Shown here piece by piece: positions 47,899-51,347 of a stretch of DNA of 51,347 nucleotides. The position numbers and the translations under genes were made by a program. Positions within the stretch are counted from its first letter, which is position 1. Every line of letters begins with the position of its first letter. The notes beneath the pieces were generated by a model. It saw only the letters and a program-made list of their open reading frames with translations, had not been told where the DNA came from and did no database searches. The DNA is from an uncultured Bacteroidales bacterium (GTDB lineage Bacteria > Bacteroidota > Bacteroidia > Bacteroidales > Paludibacteraceae), in contig CALDQH010000070.1 of assembly GCA_937911935.1 (NCBI GenBank), positions 1 to 51,347 on the forward strand, written 5' to 3'.

Positions 47899-47978
47899 AC
47901 GAGACGTCTATCAGCAAGGTTAACTAAACTCGTGATTGCCTTATTCGTTGTCGAATAGTACACCACACTTTTTTAAGC

Positions 47979-48019
47979 ATAAAAAGGTTTAGAACCTTAT
48001 ACTGTTAAGGTTCTAAACC
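47979..48019 (-). terminator. rplL-rpoB intergenic attenuator/terminator hairpin
   Basis: Perfect 14-bp stem ggtttagaacctta / taaggttctaaacc (47986-47999 / 48006-48019) with a 6-nt loop. On the minus strand it is followed by TTTTTAT. Confidence 0.7.
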
Positions 48020-48046
48020 GAAGTACCTGATTAACAGGTGGTTTTC

Positions 48047-48424
48047 TTATTTCAATTCAACTTCAGCGCCAGCTTCGGTCAATTGTTTTTTCAAGCTTTC
48101 AGCTTCGTCTTTGCTTACGCCTTCTTTGATTACAGAGGGAGCAGCATCAACCATATCTTTAGCTTCTTTCAAGCCAAGACCAGTTAATTCTTTAACCAAT
48201 TTAACGATAGCTAGTTTGTTAGCACCAGCGCTTTTCAATTCTACGTCAAAAGAAGTTTTTTCTTCTGCTGCAGGAGCTGCACCAGCTGCTGCAGGACCAG
48301 CAACAGCAACAGCTGCAGCTGCGGGTTCGATACCATATTCTTCTTTCAAAATTTGAGCTAGTTCGTTTACGTCTTTAACGGTCAAGTTAACTAGTTCTTC
48401 TGCAAGTTTTTTCAAATCTGCCAT
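48047..48424 (-). CDS. rplL: 50S ribosomal protein L7/L12
   Basis: Ala-rich hinge and C-terminal domain [19 protein letters not shown]. Confidence 0.97.
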   Translation of the reverse strand: MADLKKLAEELVNLTVKDVNELAQILKEEYGIEPAAAAVAVAGPAAAGAAPAAEEKTSFDVELKSAGANKLAIVKLVKELTGLGLKEAKDMVDAAPSVIKEGVSKDEAESLKKQLTEAGAEVELK

Positions 48425-48469
48425 TTTTGTTGAGTTTTAAAATTGTTACTAATTTATTATTTTTTGTTT

Positions 48470-48991
48470 TTATCTCTCGCCAAGTGTTTTCAACACGCCA
48501 TGGATTGTATTGCCACCCGATTGTAATGCACCAAGTACATTTTGCATAGGCGATTGCAACAAGCCAATGATTTCGGCAAGAAGTTCTTCTTTCGATTTCA
48601 ATGCGGTCAATGCTTCCAATTGGCTTGCATCGTAGAAGCTTTCATATACGTAAGCTGCTTTCAATGCTGGTTTGCCATTGTTGGTTTTGTCCTTTTGCAA
48701 TTCTTTAATAAGACGTGCAGGTGCATTACCGTTATCAGAGAACATAATAGAGGTTGAGCCTTTCAAAGCGTCATAGATTTGGCTGTAATCGCCATCAAGA
48801 CCTTCAAGAGCTTTTTGGAACAAAGTGTTTTTTACAACTACTAATTTAACACCTTTGTTGAAGCATGCTTTACGCAATTCGTGCGTTTTTTCTGCGTTTA
48901 GACCCGATGTATCGGTAACGTAGAAATGTGCATACTGGCCAACAGTTTCTTGTAGTTGTTGAATCAATATTGCTTTATCTTCCTTTTTCAT
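48470..48991 (-). CDS. rplJ: 50S ribosomal protein L10
   Basis: 173 aa of L10-like sequence. The ATG at 48991 (MKKEDKAILIQQL) was preferred over the track's alternative start at 48997. Confidence 0.92.
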   Translation of the reverse strand: MKKEDKAILIQQLQETVGQYAHFYVTDTSGLNAEKTHELRKACFNKGVKLVVVKNTLFQKALEGLDGDYSQIYDALKGSTSIMFSDNGNAPARLIKELQKDKTNNGKPALKAAYVYESFYDASQLEALTALKSKEELLAEIIGLLQSPMQNVLGALQSGGNTIHGVLKTLGER

Positions 48992-49012
48992 AATCAATAC
49001 TTACTTTAATGG

Positions 49013-49705
49013 TTATTCAGCCGATTTTGGGTCAACTTTGACACCTTGGCTCATCGTACTAGAAAGATAAACACTCTTAATATAAACACCTTTTGCTGCA
49101 GTAGGTTTCAATTTGTTCAAAGCGGTGATGAATTCTTTGGCATTTTCTGCAATCTTTTCAGCATCGAAAGATACTTTTGCGATAGCAGCGTGTACAATAC
49201 CGTTTTTGTCTACTTTGAAGTCAATTTTACCTTGTTTTACTTCTTTTACAGCTTTGCCAATTTCATTGGTAACAGTACCGCTTTTGGGGTTAGGCATCAA
49301 ACCACGAGGTCCTAATACACGACCCAAAGCACCCATTTTACCCATGATAGAAGGCATAGTGATAATTACATCGATGTCGGTCCAACCGCCTTTGATCTTT
49401 TCGATATATTCGTCAAGACCTACGTAATCAGCTCCGGCAGCTTTTGCTTCAGCTTCTTTGTCTGGTGTACACAAAGCCAAAACACGAACAGTTTTACCAG
49501 TACCGTTAGGCAATGAAACTACGCCACGAACCATTTGGTTGCTTTTACGTGGGTCAACACCTAAACGTACGTCAATATCAACTGATGCGTCAAATTTGGT
49601 AAAGGTAATGTCTTTTACCAATTGAGCAGCCTCTACAAGTGAATAGTTTTTACCTACTTCAACTTTACCGGCAGCCAACTTTTGATTTTTTGTTAGTTTA
49701 CTCAT
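49013..49705 (-). CDS. rplA: 50S ribosomal protein L1
   Basis: 230 aa; MSKLTKNQK...[16 protein letters not shown] is typical of L1. Confidence 0.96.
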   Translation of the reverse strand: MSKLTKNQKLAAGKVEVGKNYSLVEAAQLVKDITFTKFDASVDIDVRLGVDPRKSNQMVRGVVSLPNGTGKTVRVLALCTPDKEAEAKAAGADYVGLDEYIEKIKGGWTDIDVIITMPSIMGKMGALGRVLGPRGLMPNPKSGTVTNEIGKAVKEVKQGKIDFKVDKNGIVHAAIAKVSFDAEKIAENAKEFITALNKLKPTAAKGVYIKSVYLSSTMSQGVKVDPKSAE

Positions 49706-49725
49706 TTTCTAAAATTGAAGGGTTA

Positions 49726-50169
49726 TTAATTTTCACTAGGGAAATCACCTTTTACGGTAATACCCATACTTCTTGCAGTACCAGCTACCATACGCATTGC
49801 AGCTTCAACGGTAAAGCAGTTCAAATCGGGCATTTTATCAGTTGCAATAGCTTTTACTTGTTCCCAAGTTACTTCTGCAATTTTTTTACGATTTGGTTGT
49901 GCCGAACCACTTTTTTGCTTGGTAATTTCAAGCAATTGAATGGCTACCGGTGGAGTTTTAATGATAAAGTCGAACGATTTGTCCGAGTAATAGGTAATGA
50001 CCACAGGCAAGATTTTTCCTGCTTTGTCTTGGGTCCTGGCATTAAATTGTTTGCAAAACTCCATGATATTGATACCCTTGGAACCCAAGGCAGGACCAAT
50101 TGGAGGAGACGGATTTGCTGCGCCGCCTTTTACTTGCAATTTGATTTGTCCAGCAACTTCTTTTGCCAT
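49726..50169 (-). CDS. rplK: 50S ribosomal protein L11
   Basis: [23 protein letters not shown] signature. Confidence 0.97.
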   Translation of the reverse strand: MAKEVAGQIKLQVKGGAANPSPPIGPALGSKGINIMEFCKQFNARTQDKAGKILPVVITYYSDKSFDFIIKTPPVAIQLLEITKQKSGSAQPNRKKIAEVTWEQVKAIATDKMPDLNCFTVEAAMRMVAGTARSMGITVKGDFPSEN

Positions 50170-50228
50170 GTTATCAAATACTTTTAATTAATAAATAAAT
50201 GGTGAAATTGGACAATTGAAGCGTAACC

Positions 50229-50783
50229 TTATTGTCCTTTTTCAACTTGCATAAAGCTTAATTCGAGCGGAGTTTTCCGTCCGAAAATCATAACCCTAAC
50301 CTTCAGTTTTTTCTGTGATTCGTTCACTTCTTCGATAGTGCCGGTAAAGTCGTTAAACGGACCAGCGATAATCTTAACAGTTTCACCAACGCAGAATGGA
50401 ACAATCATTTCTTCTTCTGCCTCTTGAAGTTGGTCAACCGTACCTAAAATACGATTCACTTCTGATTGGCGAAGAGGAGTGATGTTGGCGCTATTGCTAC
50501 CACCCAAGAAACCAATGACATTGGGAACATTACGCAACTCGTGCATAATATCGCCTGCCAAAACTGTTTCTACAAGTACGTAGCCAGGAAGATAACTTCT
50601 TTCTTTTACTACGCGCTTGTTGCCACGCATTTGGTAAACCTTTTCAGTGGGGATAAGAACCTGTGAAACACGACCTTGATACAGAGGATTTTTCTTAATC
50701 TCTGCATCAATGTATTCTTTCACTTTGTTTTCTTTGCCACTGATAGCACGAAGAACATACCATTTTTTTTCTGTAAGTGACAT
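50229..50783 (-). CDS. nusG: Transcription termination/antitermination factor NusG
   Basis: NGN domain KWYVLRAISGKENKV and KOW motif GETVKIIAGPFNDFTGTIEEV. Confidence 0.95.
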   Translation of the reverse strand: MSLTEKKWYVLRAISGKENKVKEYIDAEIKKNPLYQGRVSQVLIPTEKVYQMRGNKRVVKERSYLPGYVLVETVLAGDIMHELRNVPNVIGFLGGSNSANITPLRQSEVNRILGTVDQLQEAEEEMIVPFCVGETVKIIAGPFNDFTGTIEEVNESQKKLKVRVMIFGRKTPLELSFMQVEKGQ

Positions 50784-50794
50784 AATTCTTCGTA

Positions 50795-50986
50795 TTAGCT
50801 AATAAGATTGTAAATGAACTGCATCATGTTTTCAAAACCTAGGTCCACTACACCAATAATGAGCGACATAATAATGGAAGCAATGAGAACAATCACTGCA
50901 CTATTGGTAAGCTCCTTAGAGGTAGGCCAAGAAACTTTATGTATAAGTTCGTTGTATGATTCTTTAATGTAGTTTACAAACTTCAT
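50795..50986 (-). CDS. secE: Preprotein translocase subunit SecE
   Basis: 63 aa with a single C-terminal TM helix, located between tRNA-Trp and nusG. Confidence 0.88.
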   Translation of the reverse strand: MKFVNYIKESYNELIHKVSWPTSKELTNSAVIVLIASIIMSLIIGVVDLGFENMMQFIYNLIS

Positions 50987-51011
50987 GGTTTGTTGTCTTT
51001 TTTTTAATTAG

Positions 51012-51084
51012 CACGGGTCGAGAGACTCGAACTCCCGACACTCGGTTTTGGAGACCGATGCTCTACCAACTGAGCTAGACCCGT
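51012..51084 (-). tRNA. trnW: tRNA-Trp (anticodon CCA), no encoded 3' CCA
   Basis: The minus strand reads ACGGGTC-TA-GCTC-AGTTGGTA-GAGC-A-TCGGT-CTCCAAA-ACCGA-GTGTC-GGGAG-TTCGAGT-CTCTC-GACCCGT-G. It forms a cloverleaf with a 7-bp acceptor stem, a CUCCAAA anticodon loop and a GTTCGAGT T-loop. Confidence 0.9.
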
Positions 51085-51088
51085 GTGT

Positions 51089-51118
51089 ACAAAGGTCCAC
51101 CTAGTGGTGAACCTTTGT
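51089..51118 (-). other. Strong hairpin between tuf and tRNA-Trp (13-bp stem with one mismatch, 4-nt loop), no U-run
   Basis: acaaaggtccacc-tagt-ggtgaacctttgt. It ends 4 nt upstream of the tRNA 5' end on the minus strand. Confidence 0.5.
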
Positions 51119-51136
51119 TATTGGTTGGTTGGTAAT

Positions 51137-51347
51137 TATTCGAAAATTTCGGTAATTTGACCAGAACCTACGGTACGACCACCTTCGCGGATAGCGAAAC
51201 GTAGACCTACGTTGCAAGCTACTGGGTAGATCAATTCTACAGAGATTTCCAAGTTATCGCCAGGCATTACCATTTCGCGACCTTCTGGTAAGGTGATTTC
51301 ACCAGTTACGTCCAAGGTACGGATATAGAATTGAGGACGATATTTGT
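51137..51347 (-). CDS. tuf: Elongation factor Tu, C-terminal ~70 aa (gene starts beyond the right window edge)
   Basis: Absent from the ORF track (no start in the window). The minus-strand translation ends ...[23 protein letters not shown], the canonical EF-Tu domain III C-terminus. Confidence 0.93.

Noticed and set aside
47902-47909. AGACGTCT 8-bp palindrome 4 nt upstream of the rpoB ATG
   Set aside because: It is a perfect but loop-less 8-mer, expected by chance at this scale, and I know of no associated motif.
49639-50187. 182-aa plus-strand ORF spanning rplA/rplK and their spacer
   Set aside because: It is antisense to two ribosomal protein genes, its translation is Cys/Phe-rich nonsense, and it is a typical shadow frame.
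1-51347. Search for CRISPR arrays, IS/transposon ends, integrases, toxin-antitoxin pairs, restriction-modification or other defence genes, prophage genes and rRNA
   Set aside because: I found none. Every ORF longer than 100 aa that is not an antisense shadow is accounted for by a housekeeping or envelope gene. There are no spaced direct-repeat arrays or long terminal inverted repeats.

Overview
This 51.3-kb window reads as tightly packed core chromosome of a Bacteroidota (probably Bacteroidales-like) bacterium. Supporting signs are standard code 11 with frequent ATGA stop/start overlaps, TAnnTTTG (-7) promoter boxes upstream of several genes, a T9SS C-terminal sorting domain and a gldH-like lipoprotein gene. 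I call about 50 protein genes, one tRNA (Trp) and several intrinsic terminators. I see no rRNA, CRISPR array, transposase, integrase, phage genes or recognisable defence genes. The left end is uvrA (partial) and rnpA. The right end is the conserved tuf / tRNA-Trp / secE-nusG-rplK-rplA-rplJ-rplL-rpoB-rpoC block. In between lie arginine genes (argB, an M20 deacylase, argH), pyrE, rluD, recO, the dapB-lepB operon, aroQ-ilvE, lpxK, a purine nucleoside phosphorylase and a Mg-chelatase-like ATPase. Also present are the trmB-mrp-rsfS-ftsH-cdsA-psd string, gldH-PSP1-holB, nagB, ssb and mltF. Many ORF-track starts are over-extended through TTG/GTG/ATT codons, so I trimmed them to conserved N-termini and say so in the evidence. 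On the hunt, I found no convincing stand-alone novel multi-gene system, and most of the window is ordinary. The best second-look item is a sugar kinase (AmgK/APH fold) fused to a RapZ C-terminal domain and ATGA-coupled to a MurU-like nucleotidyltransferase. It appears co-transcribed with a secreted coiled-coil protein and lies downstream of a TonB-dependent receptor. A convergent zinc-ribbon mini-gene abuts it. Lesser items are a palindromic operator candidate on the ssb promoter, an intrinsic-terminator-like hairpin touching the rnpA start codon, several unusual gene overlaps, and conserved genes of unknown role (HemD-like + DUF4271-like, stand-alone PASTA, orphan radical SAM). Hand-counted coordinates of small intergenic motifs may be off by 1 nt.
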